Below are positions 1 through 9,573 of a stretch of 64,000 bases of DNA, one piece after another. Position 1 is the first letter of the stretch; every line of letters begins with the position of its first letter. This stretch comes from an uncultured Roseobacter sp. (GTDB taxonomy: Bacteria > Pseudomonadota > Alphaproteobacteria > Rhodobacterales > Rhodobacteraceae). The position numbers and the translations under genes are program-made. Where the stretch lies: positions 134,860-198,859 of the forward strand of contig CANKZM010000007.1 in NCBI GenBank assembly GCA_947488305.1, given 5' to 3'. The notes under the pieces are model-generated. The model was not told the origin of the DNA, did not search any database, and saw only the letters and a list, made by a program, of their open reading frames with translations.

Positions 1-541
1 CGACAAGCGCCCGATCGATCAGGATTAACCCGCCCGGCAAGTGCAGACTGGTTGTGACAGCACCTGGTAGGATATGGATTGGCCCGCTTCCGAGCCGCGC
101 GCGCAAAAGCTGCACGGCGCGTTGCCCGGCGTCATTAGTGCAAGCTGGTCCCGCCATACGTTCAATACGGGTCAGAAGCGCATTCCCAATTTCAGCGCGT
201 TTGACAGAGGGGACAACAGAAACCGCGTGAGAGGTCATCGCGCCAGGCAGCCATAAAAACGCGGCCGCCATGACAGCCGCAAAAGAAGCTGCCGTTCCCA
301 TCCAGCGCAATCGGCCTGGGCGTGGGCGGGTGCGTTCGACGGCGCGGCGCAGCTTTTCGATGGCGTCAATCATCTGCGCTTCGTTTTCGGCGAATTCTAG
401 CGTTTCGCCGGGATCACCATCAGGGTAGAATATCGCCGGTCTCGTTCCCGGGTTCGCTCTTGTGACGGCGGCAAGCGACCAATGGGTGATCGCCTGATCT
501 CGCATATCCGAGATCATGACTGTTGCGTCTCCAATAGACAC
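1..541 (-). CDS. hypothetical membrane-associated protein, partial (C-terminus beyond window start)
   Basis: Hand translation of the minus strand gives an uninterrupted frame from 646 down to 2. It is absent from the ORF track because no stop lies inside the window. It reads ...VSIGDATVMISDMRDQAITHWSLAAVTRANPG...MIDAIEKLRRAVERTRPRPGRLRWMGTAASFFAAVMAAAFLWLPG (one hydrophobic helix)...LHLPGGLILIDRALV. Start set at GTG 541-539 because GGGAGG sits 5 nt upstream; GTG 625, ATG 517 and ATG 505 are alternatives. No family recognised. Confidence 0.45.
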   Translation of the reverse strand, partial: MSIGDATVMISDMRDQAITHWSLAAVTRANPGTRPAIFYPDGDPGETLEFAENEAQMIDAIEKLRRAVERTRPRPGRLRWMGTAASFAAVMAAAFLWLPGAMTSHAVSVVPSVKRAEIGNALLTRIERMAGPACTNDAGQRAVQLLRARLGSGPIHILPGAVTTSLHLPGGLILIDRALV

Positions 542-729
542 AATGACCTCCCGCCGCTGATCTTCGGGGGAGGCGCGCCACAGGCCGCTGGCTTCCAGCC
601 TTGTATATTTTTTCAGGGCCGTCACTGGAGTATATGCTGCTCGAAATTACCTGGGCCCATCTTATCAGCAGGGCAAATGCGAGCAATGGCCGTTTGGAGG
701 GTCGAGACCGGTCTCGAAAAGAAGTGAAA

Positions 730-2355
730 CTACATTTTTGCGGCCAGTTTGCGCAATTCGAATTTTTGAATTTTGCCGGTTGAAGTTTTGGGGAGATCTT
801 GAAAAACAATGTGTTTTGGCGTTTTGAAACCTGCCAGCGTCTGTCGGGAAAACGCGATCAATCCATCGGCGTCTTCTTTTGCGCCGGGTTTCAATTCGAT
901 GAACGCACAGGGGACTTCCCCCCATTTGTCATCTGGTTTTGCCACTACTGCGGCAAGCAAAACGTCGTCATGCCCCATCAAAACGCCTTCAACTTCCACC
1001 GAAGAGATGTTTTCGCCACCGGAGATGATGATGTCCTTTGCCCGGTCGGCGATCTGCATATAGCCGTCGTCATGCTGGACCGCGATGTCTCCTGAATGGA
1101 AATAACCGCCAGCAAAGGCTTCGGCGGTGGCTTGTGGGTTCTTATAATAGCCTTTCATGACGCTGTTGCCACGGACCATGATCTCTCCCTGAGTGCTGCC
1201 GTCACGCGGGATTTGCTGCATGTCAGCGTCCATAACCGTGATGTGATCCATCATGGGGAAGGCTACCCCCTGGCGGGCTTTGACCGCGGCGCGAGCGGCT
1301 TTATCCAACGCGTCCCAGTCGGCCGCACGCCACAGGCATTCGGTCACGTGACCGTAGGTTTCGGTCAGCCCGTAGACTTGTGTCACATTGAATCCCAGCG
1401 CTTCGATCTTGGTGAGCGTGGCAGGGGCTGGTGGTGCGCCAGCTGTAAATACCTCGACTTGGTGGTCAAACGGGCGGCGTTCTGCATCTGTTGCGTTCAC
1501 CAGCATATTGAGGACGATTGGCGCCCCTCCGAAATGGCTGACGTTCTCTTCCGCGATGGCCGAATAGATTGCCTCTGCCGTAGTGTCGCGGCAACAGACC
1601 AGCGTGCCTCCGATCAGCGGCATCATCCACGCGTGGTTCCAGCCATTGCAATGGAACAGCGGCACGATTTGCATAAAAATCGGGTGGAGTGTCATGCGCC
1701 AGCTAATCACCGTGCCCATTGTCATCAGATAGGCTCCGCGATGGTGATAGACGACGCCTTTAGGTCGCCCCGTTGTGCCGGAAGTATAATTCAGCGCGAG
1801 GCTCTCCCATTCGTCTTCCGGCACGACCCATTCGAAGTCAGGCTCCCCCTCTGAAAGGAAGGCCTCATAAACCTCGTGCCGCCCTGAAGCCGCGATGCCT
1901 GCAACAGGGTCCGGTACTTCGATGATCTGCGGAGGCGTTTGCAGTCCCTGGCAGGCTGCTTCGACCAGATCGAGAAACTGCGTGTCCACCAGCACCAGCC
2001 GGGCCTCGCCATGCTCGAAGATGTAATTGACCGTATCAACATCGAGGCGCGTGTTGATTGTATTCAGCACCGCACCACAAGCGGGCACGCCAAAATGCGC
2101 TTCAACCTGAGCCGGTATGTTCGGCAAAACGGTGGCAACCACTTGCCCGGGAGCGATCCCGCGTTTGGCCAGAGCACTTGCCAGTTGTGTGCAACGGGTG
2201 AAGTGTTTTTCGTAAGTGTGACGTGTTTGACCGTAGACGACCGCCTCATGTGTGCGGAACACCTCCGCCGCACGGCGCAAATGTGACAGCGGTGTGAGCG
2301 GTACATGGTTCGCGGCATTCTTATCCAGCCCGGTTTCATCGCTCATCCATCCCAT
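730..2355 (-). CDS. AMP-dependent acyl-CoA synthetase/ligase (fatty-acid--CoA ligase family)
   Basis: ORF 730..2451 carries the AMP-binding motif YTSGTTGRPKGV and the C-terminal GKIQKFELR. The track start at 2451 is TTG. ATG at 2355 (MGWMSDETG) has GGAGG 8 nt upstream; ATG 2346 is also possible. Confidence 0.9.
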   Translation of the reverse strand: MGWMSDETGLDKNAANHVPLTPLSHLRRAAEVFRTHEAVVYGQTRHTYEKHFTRCTQLASALAKRGIAPGQVVATVLPNIPAQVEAHFGVPACGAVLNTINTRLDVDTVNYIFEHGEARLVLVDTQFLDLVEAACQGLQTPPQIIEVPDPVAGIAASGRHEVYEAFLSEGEPDFEWVVPEDEWESLALNYTSGTTGRPKGVVYHHRGAYLMTMGTVISWRMTLHPIFMQIVPLFHCNGWNHAWMMPLIGGTLVCCRDTTAEAIYSAIAEENVSHFGGAPIVLNMLVNATDAERRPFDHQVEVFTAGAPPAPATLTKIEALGFNVTQVYGLTETYGHVTECLWRAADWDALDKAARAAVKARQGVAFPMMDHITVMDADMQQIPRDGSTQGEIMVRGNSVMKGYYKNPQATAEAFAGGYFHSGDIAVQHDDGYMQIADRAKDIIISGGENISSVEVEGVLMGHDDVLLAAVVAKPDDKWGEVPCAFIELKPGAKEDADGLIAFSRQTLAGFKTPKHIVFQDLPKTSTGKIQKFELRKLAAKM

Positions 2356-2438
2356 TTCTCGGACCTCCCCTGAAATCTCTTTGCGCCGTTCCTGCGCCAC
2401 GGATAGTAAGATATTGGATTTGCCGCATTTGAAAAGCG

Positions 2439-2453
2439 AATTGTAAGACAATT
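2439..2453. promoter_or_regulatory. 15-bp palindrome AATTGTAAGACAATT nested in GCCGCA(2422-2427)/TGCGGC(2453-2458), in a divergent promoter region
   Basis: Read directly from the sequence between the acyl-CoA ligase start and the sulfotransferase start. Function as an operator is inferred only from symmetry and position. Confidence 0.3.
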
Positions 2454-2486
2454 GCGGCTAAGGGTACGGGAGTGGATGAGAGAACC

Positions 2487-3137
2487 ATGATCATCTCGAC
2501 GGGCCGAAACTACATCTTTGTCCATATTCCCAAAACTGGCGGGACATCGTTGGCTTTGGCGCTGGAAGAACGCGCCATGCGTGATGACATACTGATCGGT
2601 GATACGCCAAAGGCGAAACAGCGTAAGAAACGGTTGCAAAAGCTCATGCCGCGCGGCCGGCTTTGGAAACATGCGACCCTGGCAGACATCGACGGTATCC
2701 TGTCGCAAGAAAAGCTTCCGCAGATGTTCACCTTTACGCTGGTTCGCAATCCGTGGTGCCGTATGGTCAGTTACTATCACTGGCTAGTGGACCAGTCGTT
2801 CGAACATCCGGATGTCACGCTCGCCAAGACGCTGGATTTTGACGGGTTTCTCAGGGACCGATCGCTGCAAAATCGGCTCGCGGCCAATCCTGCACGGACT
2901 TATATGACAGATGCCTCAGGACAGGAGCGGTGCAGCAGTTACATCCGTTTGGAGAAATTTGAACAGGACGCGGGGCCGCTCTTCGAGCATCTTGGGTTCC
3001 AAATCAAGCTACCCCATGTGAACCAATCGAAACGGCCTACGGATTATCGCCCGCTCTATTCCAGTGATGCGCAGGCGATTGTTGCGCGGGTTTTCGCCGA
3101 AGATATTGCCCGTTTCGATTACGCGTTTGACGTGTGA
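2487..3137 (+). CDS. sulfotransferase family protein (Sulfotransfer_2-like)
   Basis: N-terminal IFVHIPKTGGTSL matches the PAPS 5'-phosphosulfate-binding loop of this family. The track ORF starts at GTG 2472; ATG 2487 (MIISTGRNY) is preferred. Confidence 0.75.
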   Translation: MIISTGRNYIFVHIPKTGGTSLALALEERAMRDDILIGDTPKAKQRKKRLQKLMPRGRLWKHATLADIDGILSQEKLPQMFTFTLVRNPWCRMVSYYHWLVDQSFEHPDVTLAKTLDFDGFLRDRSLQNRLAANPARTYMTDASGQERCSSYIRLEKFEQDAGPLFEHLGFQIKLPHVNQSKRPTDYRPLYSSDAQAIVARVFAEDIARFDYAFDV

Positions 3138-3322
3138 CGCTACGACAGGTGTTGTTTCCATACACGCAATGATGGAGTCATCAGGCCTGTCATTGCAATT
3201 TCAGATAAGAAAATGCCTCTGGCCTGCCGCATTCCGGCCCAAGAGGTGTCATTGTTTAAAGTTTATCTCAAAACAAAGGTGGGCTTTGCTCACGAATGAT
3301 ATGTGAAACTGGGGAGTGTCGC

Positions 3323-3964
3323 ATGTACGGATGGAGTGTAAACGTAGGGCCAACGCCGATAGAAAAGCGACCCAATACGCTCGCGTCGCGCGGGCTTTTT
3401 GGGGGAACCTTGATCGGATGTGAGGACGGGTGGCGTCCGGTCGAAAGTATTTCGGCAGGCGATTTGGTTTGGACCTTCGACAACGGTCTGCGCCCGGTCA
3501 AAGGCGTCAAGTTTCATGAATTGCGGCCCAGGGACGACAACCCCGACCTCGAACTTGTGGTGTATCGCGTACCCTCCGGGGGGCTCGCAAACGCTGAAGT
3601 GCTGGTTTTTTTACCAGGGACCGGTTTGTTGCTGGAATGTGAAAATGCCAGTGATGCCCAAGGCGATCCCTTTGCGGTGGTTCCGGTTGACGCGCTTGAA
3701 GGCGTCTGTGGTGTCCGGCGCGACACGGTGCCTGGGCGGATCGTGCTCTATACTTTGACCTTTGAGCAGGAAGAAGTGTTCTACATTGACAGCGGCCTTC
3801 TGGTGCACGCAAAGGCGCATCACGCTGACGGCGCGGCACATTACGACGTTAAGTCGGTTGAAGCTGCGCAAGAAATGCTTACCGACCTTGATTTTGCCGA
3901 ACTCGCCCTGCGCGAGGCGGACGAAGAGTTTTTTGGGGAGATGGCATCAGAACGCGTTGCGTAG
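3323..3964 (+). CDS. Hint (Hedgehog/intein-like) domain-containing protein
   Basis: GTLIGCEDGWRPVESISAGDLVWTFDNGLRPV...VLYTLTFEQEEVFYIDSGLLVHA matches the Hint-domain pattern that is expanded in Rhodobacteraceae. ATG 3323 has GGGGAG 6 nt upstream; the track start is 3296. Confidence 0.7.
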   Translation: MYGWSVNVGPTPIEKRPNTLASRGLFGGTLIGCEDGWRPVESISAGDLVWTFDNGLRPVKGVKFHELRPRDDNPDLELVVYRVPSGGLANAEVLVFLPGTGLLLECENASDAQGDPFAVVPVDALEGVCGVRRDTVPGRIVLYTLTFEQEEVFYIDSGLLVHAKAHHADGAAHYDVKSVEAAQEMLTDLDFAELALREADEEFFGEMASERVA

Positions 3965-3983
3965 TTTCTGGTGTCCGTCACGG

Positions 3984-4015
3984 AAAAGAGGGGCCATTGT
4001 GGCCCCTCTTTTTTT
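3984..4015. terminator. bidirectional rho-independent terminator
   Basis: AAAAGAGGGGCC(3984-3995)-attgt-GGCCCCTCTTTT(4001-4012) is a perfect 12-bp stem flanked by an A-run and a T-run. It lies between the convergent Hint gene (stop 3964) and the fadB-like gene (stop 4017). Confidence 0.75.
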
Positions 4016-4016
4016 G

Positions 4017-6212
4017 TCAGGCTGCTTTGGAGGCAGGTGCAAAACGTCCATAGAACGTTTGATTTTTCGCAGCCATGTCGCGCAGAAGGTCTGGGCAGGC
4101 AAAACGTTCACCGTAAGCTGCTGTCAGCGTATCGCAACGTTCTGCGGCATAAGCTGCGCCCAACATATCGAGCCAGCTCAAAGGACCGCCTGACCAAGGC
4201 GCAAAGCCCCAGCCAAGGATGGCGCCAACGTCGCCTTCACGGATGTCCATCAAGACACCTTCTTCGAGTGCGCGCACGGCTTCCAAGGTTTGAGCAAAAA
4301 GTAGGCGATGCTGCACGTCGATCAGGTCGGGCTGATCGTCCAGCGTTGGATATCTCTGTTTGAGACCATCCCAAAGGCCCTGACGTTTCCCTTTGTCGTC
4401 ATAGCTGTAGAATCCGGCATTCGATTTGCGCCCAAGCCGGCCTTCCTCCTCCAGCCAGAAGATCACCTCATCGGCGTAATCGTCGTAATCCTCGCCCATC
4501 CCGGCCTTTGTGGCGCGGGCGATCTTGGCGCCCAGATCAATCGACGTCTCATCAGTCAATTGCAGTGGACCCAGTGGCATACCGACTAATTTGGCCGCAT
4601 TCTCGATCAGTGCGGGTTCAACGCCCTCTTTCAGCATCCGGACGCCTTCGTTGACGTAAGGCAGGATACAGCGGTTGGCATAGAAGAAGCGCGCGTCATT
4701 GACCACGATCGGTGTCTTGCGGATCTGGCGCACATAGTCGAGCGCTTTGGCCACGGCGCGGTCGCCGGTGCCTTTACCCTTGATGATTTCGACCAGCAAC
4801 ATTTTCTCGACAGGCGAGAAGAAGTGGATACCGATAAACTGCTCTGGGCGGCTCGATGCTTTGGCCAGCTCTGTGATCGGCAAAGTCGACGTGTTGGAGG
4901 CAAAGATGCAGTCGTCGGGGATCACTGCCTCGACCTTTTGCGTCATCTCTGCCTTGACCTTGGGGTCTTCGAACACTGCCTCAACGATCAGATCACAGCC
5001 TTTCAGCGCGTCCAGATCGGTTGTCGCGGTGATCAGGCTGAGAAGCTGTTCCTTCTTCTCCGGCGTGGTTTTCTTGCGCGCGATGCCCTTGTCGGCAAAA
5101 TTCGCGGTATAGGCCTTGCCACGGTCGGCAGCTTCCTGCGTCTGGTCGATCAGCACCACTTCGATACCCGCCTGCGCGGAGACAAGGCTGATACCGGCCC
5201 CCATCATGCCCGCGCCCAACACGCCAAGTTTCTTGACCCTTTGGTCCGCGACATCCGTCGGTCGCACAGCGCCCTTTTCCAGTGCTTCCTTGTTCACAAA
5301 GAGCGAGCGGATCATGGCCGACGACGATGGATTCATAAGCACATTGGTGAACCAGCGCGCCTCAACCTTGAGTGCGGTGTCAAAAGGCACGAGCGCGCCC
5401 TCATAGACCGCAGATAAGAGTGCCTTGGCTGCAGGGTAAACTCCTTGGGTCTTGCCATTGACCATGGCGGAAGCCCCCACGAAGGTCATGAAACCTGCAG
5501 GATGATAGGGCGCGCCACCGGGCATCTTGTACCCCTTGGCGTCCCAGGGTTTTACAAGATCTGCGTCTTTCGCGCCCAGGACCCAATCGCGGGCGGCTGC
5601 CATCGGATCATCCGAGACCTCGTCGATCAGGCCCGCGGCTTTGGCCGCTGCAGGCGCGACCAGTTTGCCTTCCAGCAGGAAAGGCGAGGCCGCCATCGCG
5701 CCCATCTTGCGCGTCAGTCGCGTTGTGCCGCCCGCACCGGGAAAGATGCCAACCATGATTTCGGGCAAGCCGATTTTTGCTTTCGGGTTGTTGGCAGCAA
5801 AGATGCGATGCGTGCTGAGCGGGATTTCCAACCCGATACCAAGCGCTGTGCCCGGCAAGACGGTAGCAATCGGTTTCCCGCCCTTAAGTGTCTTGGTGTC
5901 AATACCGGCGCGTTCGATTTTGCGCATGATACGATGCGCATTCATGATGCCATCGAACAGACCCTTTGCGGGGTTGTCGCCCGCCAGTTCCTTCATCTTA
6001 GCGATGACATTCAGGTCCATCCCGCCCGCAAAGCTGTCCTTTCCAGAGGTAATGATCACGCCTTTGACCGCATCATCGCCAAGCGCTTCATCGATCAACG
6101 CGTCAAGGACATCCCAGGCTTCGAGTGTCATCACGTTCATGGACTTGTTCTTGACGTCCCATGTGATGGTCGCGATGCCATCGGCATCTTTTTTCATTGT
6201 AAAATCAGTCAT
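4017..6212 (-). CDS. fadB: multifunctional fatty-acid oxidation protein: enoyl-CoA hydratase / 3-hydroxyacyl-CoA dehydrogenase
   Basis: 731 aa. N-terminal crotonase-like region, central Rossmann motif VLGAGMMGAGI, and 3-hydroxyacyl-CoA dehydrogenase C-terminal repeats. A thiolase gene lies immediately downstream. Confidence 0.92.
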   Translation of the reverse strand: MTDFTMKKDADGIATITWDVKNKSMNVMTLEAWDVLDALIDEALGDDAVKGVIITSGKDSFAGGMDLNVIAKMKELAGDNPAKGLFDGIMNAHRIMRKIERAGIDTKTLKGGKPIATVLPGTALGIGLEIPLSTHRIFAANNPKAKIGLPEIMVGIFPGAGGTTRLTRKMGAMAASPFLLEGKLVAPAAAKAAGLIDEVSDDPMAAARDWVLGAKDADLVKPWDAKGYKMPGGAPYHPAGFMTFVGASAMVNGKTQGVYPAAKALLSAVYEGALVPFDTALKVEARWFTNVLMNPSSSAMIRSLFVNKEALEKGAVRPTDVADQRVKKLGVLGAGMMGAGISLVSAQAGIEVVLIDQTQEAADRGKAYTANFADKGIARKKTTPEKKEQLLSLITATTDLDALKGCDLIVEAVFEDPKVKAEMTQKVEAVIPDDCIFASNTSTLPITELAKASSRPEQFIGIHFFSPVEKMLLVEIIKGKGTGDRAVAKALDYVRQIRKTPIVVNDARFFYANRCILPYVNEGVRMLKEGVEPALIENAAKLVGMPLGPLQLTDETSIDLGAKIARATKAGMGEDYDDYADEVIFWLEEEGRLGRKSNAGFYSYDDKGKRQGLWDGLKQRYPTLDDQPDLIDVQHRLLFAQTLEAVRALEEGVLMDIREGDVGAILGWGFAPWSGGPLSWLDMLGAAYAAERCDTLTAAYGERFACPDLLRDMAAKNQTFYGRFAPASKAA

Positions 6213-6235
6213 TTCTCTTCCCTCGTCTCAGGGTT

Positions 6236-7447
6236 TCAAACGCGTTCGATGATGGTGGCCGCACCCATGCCGGAGGCGATGCAAAGCGTGGCGAGCCCCA
6301 CTTCCTTGTCCGCGCGTTCCAATTCATCAAGCAACGTGCCGATGATTATCGCGCCTGTCGCCCCAAGCGGATGACCCATCGCAATGGAGCCGCCGTTGAC
6401 GTTGACCTTGCTGTCTTCCACGTCGAAGGCCTGCATGAAGCGCAACACCACCGAGGCGAAGGCTTCATTCACCTCAAAGAGATCTATGTCTTTGATATCC
6501 ATACCGTGATCAGCGAGGATTTTCTGCGTCACAGGCACGGGGCCGGTGAGCATGATGGTCGGATCGGTGCCGATCTTGGCCGTTGCACGAATGCGTGCTC
6601 GCGGTTTGAGCCCGTGTTTTTCGCCGAATTCTTTGTTTCCGATCAGTACAGCGGCAGCTCCGTCCACGATGCCGGATGAATTGCCAGCGTGGTGGATGTG
6701 GTTGATCCGCTCCAGATGCGGGTATTTCATCAGGGCAACCTTGTCGAAACCTGGCATGACCTCCCCCATCGCCTGAAAGGCCGGGTTGAGTCCGCCAAGG
6801 CTCTGCATGTCGGTTTGCGGGCGCATGTATTCATCGTGATCGAGGATCGGCAGACTGTTCTGGTCTTTGATCTCGATGACGGATTTGGCGAAACGCTTTT
6901 CATCCCACGCCTGTTTTGCGCGGCGTTGCGATTCCACCGCCAGTTGGTCCGCGTCATCGCGGGTAAAGCCGTATTCTGTTGCGATGATGTCCGCACTGAT
7001 CCCTTGCGGGACGAAGTATTTCTCCATCGCCAATGTCGGATCGACGGCGATTGCGGCACCATCGCTGCCCATGGCCACACGTCCCATCATCTCCACGCCG
7101 CCGGCGATATAGGCGTCGCCGGCGCCACCCTTGACCTGATTGGCTGCGAGGTTCACTGCCTCCATACCGGACGCACAGAACCGGTTGATCGCAAGGCCGG
7201 GGATACGTTCATCAAGGTCAGAGGCCAGCACTGCTGAACGCGCCAGACAGCCTCCCTGTTCCATCACCTGTGTAACGTTACCCCAGATCACATCCTCGAC
7301 TGCGTGACCTTCAAGGTTGTTGCGCTCCTTCACGGCATTCAGCGTCTGGGCCGAGAGTCGCAGGGCGGTCACCTCATGCAGGCTGCCGTCTTTGCGGCCT
7401 TTGCCCCGCGGGCTGCGGAGCGCATCATAGATATAGGCTTCGGTCAT
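6236..7447 (-). CDS. fadA: acetyl-CoA C-acyltransferase (3-ketoacyl-CoA thiolase)
   Basis: Active-site [11 protein letters not shown] and C-terminal [20 protein letters not shown] 7447 (MTEAYIYDA) has AAGGAG 6 nt upstream; the track start 7477 is rejected. Confidence 0.92.
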   Translation of the reverse strand: MTEAYIYDALRSPRGKGRKDGSLHEVTALRLSAQTLNAVKERNNLEGHAVEDVIWGNVTQVMEQGGCLARSAVLASDLDERIPGLAINRFCASGMEAVNLAANQVKGGAGDAYIAGGVEMMGRVAMGSDGAAIAVDPTLAMEKYFVPQGISADIIATEYGFTRDDADQLAVESQRRAKQAWDEKRFAKSVIEIKDQNSLPILDHDEYMRPQTDMQSLGGLNPAFQAMGEVMPGFDKVALMKYPHLERINHIHHAGNSSGIVDGAAAVLIGNKEFGEKHGLKPRARIRATAKIGTDPTIMLTGPVPVTQKILADHGMDIKDIDLFEVNEAFASVVLRFMQAFDVEDSKVNVNGGSIAMGHPLGATGAIIIGTLLDELERADKEVGLATLCIASGMGAATIIERV

Positions 7448-7484
7448 TTCAGTCTCCTTTCGGCGCCGATCCGGCACCTCGTGT

Positions 7485-8123
7485 TCAGGCGCGGTCGGCA
7501 GGCGATCCGGGCATCAGTTCGTATGGGGCTTTCCAGCCCGGTGTGTCAGAGAGGCGCGTGAGCCATGCGTCGATGTTCGGCCAGTCGGCGCGATCAAAGC
7601 CAAAAGGTTCGGGGTAAAAGAGGTATCCGCAGCAGCTGATATCCGCATTGGTGATCCCGTCGCCGACAATCCAATCGCGTCCTTCGAGATGATCATTCAA
7701 GACCGCGTAGGCAGCCTTGAGCCTGCCCTGGTGAAAGGCGATTACTTCTTGAGGCCGTTTGTCTTCGGGCAGGAAATTCATCAGGAAACGGGTCATGCCC
7801 GCCCCGGAACTGAGCTTGTGATTGTCCCAAAGCACCCAGCGGAGGACTTCGCGTCGCTCGTTGGCGTCTTTGCCACCGAACTTCCCGGATTTCTCGCTCA
7901 CATAGTCCTGTATCACACCCGATTGAGTCAGCTTGATATCACCGTCGACCAAAACCGGAGCTTCGCCCATCTCATTGATGGTCTCGCGATATTCTGGTGT
8001 ACGTGTCTCTCCACCGAAGAAATCGACCTTCACCGGTTCCCAATCGAGGCCAGACAGCTCAAGCGCAAGTGCGGCCTTGTAAGCGTTGCCGCTTTCGCCA
8101 AAGCAAAAAAGTTTGATGGTCAT
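7485..8123 (-). CDS. glutathione S-transferase family protein
   Basis: 212 aa. Thioredoxin-like N-domain (KLFCFGESGNAYK...APVLVDGDIKLTQSGVI) plus a helical C-domain. Confidence 0.85.
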   Translation of the reverse strand: MTIKLFCFGESGNAYKAALALELSGLDWEPVKVDFFGGETRTPEYRETINEMGEAPVLVDGDIKLTQSGVIQDYVSEKSGKFGGKDANERREVLRWVLWDNHKLSSGAGMTRFLMNFLPEDKRPQEVIAFHQGRLKAAYAVLNDHLEGRDWIVGDGITNADISCCGYLFYPEPFGFDRADWPNIDAWLTRLSDTPGWKAPYELMPGSPADRA

Positions 8124-8147
8124 GTGGCCAGCCCTCCCAAGGCGTTT

Positions 8148-9296
8148 TCAAAGTGATCTTGAGATCAGTTCTTTCATGATCTCATTCGTGCCGCCGTAGA
8201 TGCGTTGGACGCGCGCGTCCGCCCACATCTCGGCTACGTCATATTCCAGCATGAAACCGTAACCGCCGTGTAACTGGACACATTCGTCGAGCACTTCGCC
8301 CTGCGTGTCCGTGATCCAGTATTTCGCCATTGCTGCCTTCTCGACGCTCAACTCACCGCGCAGATGCTCGGTCATACATTCGTCAAGAAACGCGCGGGCG
8401 ACGGTGGCCTTCGTTTTGCATTCCGCCAGCTTGAACCGCGTGTTCTGAAACTGCGTCAGCGGCCCGCCAAAGGCTTCGCGTTCCTTGCAGTAAGCGATCG
8501 TGCGATCCACGGCACCTTCCATCGCGCCCACGGCGCCACACGCAATGATTAGCCGCTCTTGCGGCAGTTGCTGCATCATCTGGTAAAAGCCCTGACCCTC
8601 GGCGCCGCCAAGGATATTTTCAGGCGGAATCTCCACGTCGTCAAAAAACAGCTCAGATGTATCAGCAGCGTGAAGGCCCACTTTTTCAAGGTTACGGCCG
8701 CGTTTGAAGCCTTCCGCTCCTTCAGTTTCGACCACAACCAAAGACACCCCTTTCGATCCTTCGGTCGGGTCGGTCTTGGCGGCAACGATGATCAGGTTGG
8801 CATGTTGCCCGTTGGTGATGAAGGTTTTCTGACCAGAAAGCCGGTAGGCGTTTCCGTCTCGCAGGGCCTTGGTCTTGATCGCTTGCACGTCGGATCCGGT
8901 CGAGGGTTCGGTCATGGCCAGCGCACCAACCAACTCGCCGGAAGCCATTTTGGGCAGCCAACGGTTTTTCTGATCCTCGGTACCATAGGACAGCACGTAG
9001 TGAGCCACGATTCCGGAATGAATGCCATGGCCCCAACTGGCCAGATTGGCGCGACCCGCTTCGATCAGTATCGCCGCCTCATGGCCAAAATCTCCGCCTG
9101 CGCCGCCGTACACCTCCGGCACCGAAGGACACAGCAGGCCAAGTGCGCCCGCTTCGCCCCATGTCTCGCGATCCATTTCGCCTTGCTTGCGCCATTTCTC
9201 AAACAGGGGCTTCCATTCATTTGTAATGAATTGCGCTGTCATGTCCGCAATCATGCGGTGCTCGCCGGTCATCCAGGGTGAGGCAGCTTGGGTCAT
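8148..9296 (-). CDS. acyl-CoA dehydrogenase
   Basis: 382 aa with typical ACAD motifs ([33 protein letters not shown]). Confidence 0.92.
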   Translation of the reverse strand: MTQAASPWMTGEHRMIADMTAQFITNEWKPLFEKWRKQGEMDRETWGEAGALGLLCPSVPEVYGGAGGDFGHEAAILIEAGRANLASWGHGIHSGIVAHYVLSYGTEDQKNRWLPKMASGELVGALAMTEPSTGSDVQAIKTKALRDGNAYRLSGQKTFITNGQHANLIIVAAKTDPTEGSKGVSLVVVETEGAEGFKRGRNLEKVGLHAADTSELFFDDVEIPPENILGGAEGQGFYQMMQQLPQERLIIACGAVGAMEGAVDRTIAYCKEREAFGGPLTQFQNTRFKLAECKTKATVARAFLDECMTEHLRGELSVEKAAMAKYWITDTQGEVLDECVQLHGGYGFMLEYDVAEMWADARVQRIYGGTNEIMKELISRSL

Positions 9297-9311
9297 GGTG
9301 CGGTCACGGTC

Positions 9312-9524
9312 CTATTTTTTGCGCGCATCGAGTTCGGAGTTGAAAAGCCGAAGACGGTGGCCAAAAGTCTCTTCATTTATGACGCTGTCAAAGTTCTCGA
9401 AAAGAAACGAAAGCGCTTCGCCTTCATCCAGTCCGGCATCTGACGAAAAGCGTTTCAACCTTCTGTATCCATCCTCTGTCATGGCGACATTGAACCGACG
9501 GGTTGCGCGAAAGCGTTTTGGCAT
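9312..9524 (-). CDS. small conserved-looking protein, possible ribbon-helix-helix fold
   Basis: ATG 9524 (MPKRFRATRRFNVAMTEDGYRRLKRFS...) has AAGGAG 6 nt upstream. The track start 9587 would overlap the upstream gene end. The basic N-terminus, short beta-strand and helix pattern resembles CopG/RHH. It lies between two acyl-CoA dehydrogenase genes. Confidence 0.5.
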   Translation of the reverse strand: MPKRFRATRRFNVAMTEDGYRRLKRFSSDAGLDEGEALSFLFENFDSVINEETFGHRLRLFNSELDARKK

Positions 9525-9573
9525 GTGTTGCTCCTTCTGGTGTATGAGGTGGGCGCCAAGCCCACCCTTGCCG

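Noticed and set aside
74-925. Track ORFs 74..256(+), 420..809(-), 482..727(+), 601..783(+) and 665..925(-).
   Set aside because: They overlap either the long open minus-strand frame 2..646 or the 3' end of the acyl-CoA ligase gene. They are Arg/Pro/Ser-rich like typical high-GC off-frame translations, with no Shine-Dalgarno sequence or family resemblance.
5445-6374. Long antisense ORFs inside the fadB-like gene (309 aa and 241 aa on the plus strand).
   Set aside because: They lie opposite a gene with unmistakable family motifs. Their composition (Arg/Ala/Pro/Ser-rich, low complexity) is typical of antisense frames in GC-rich DNA.
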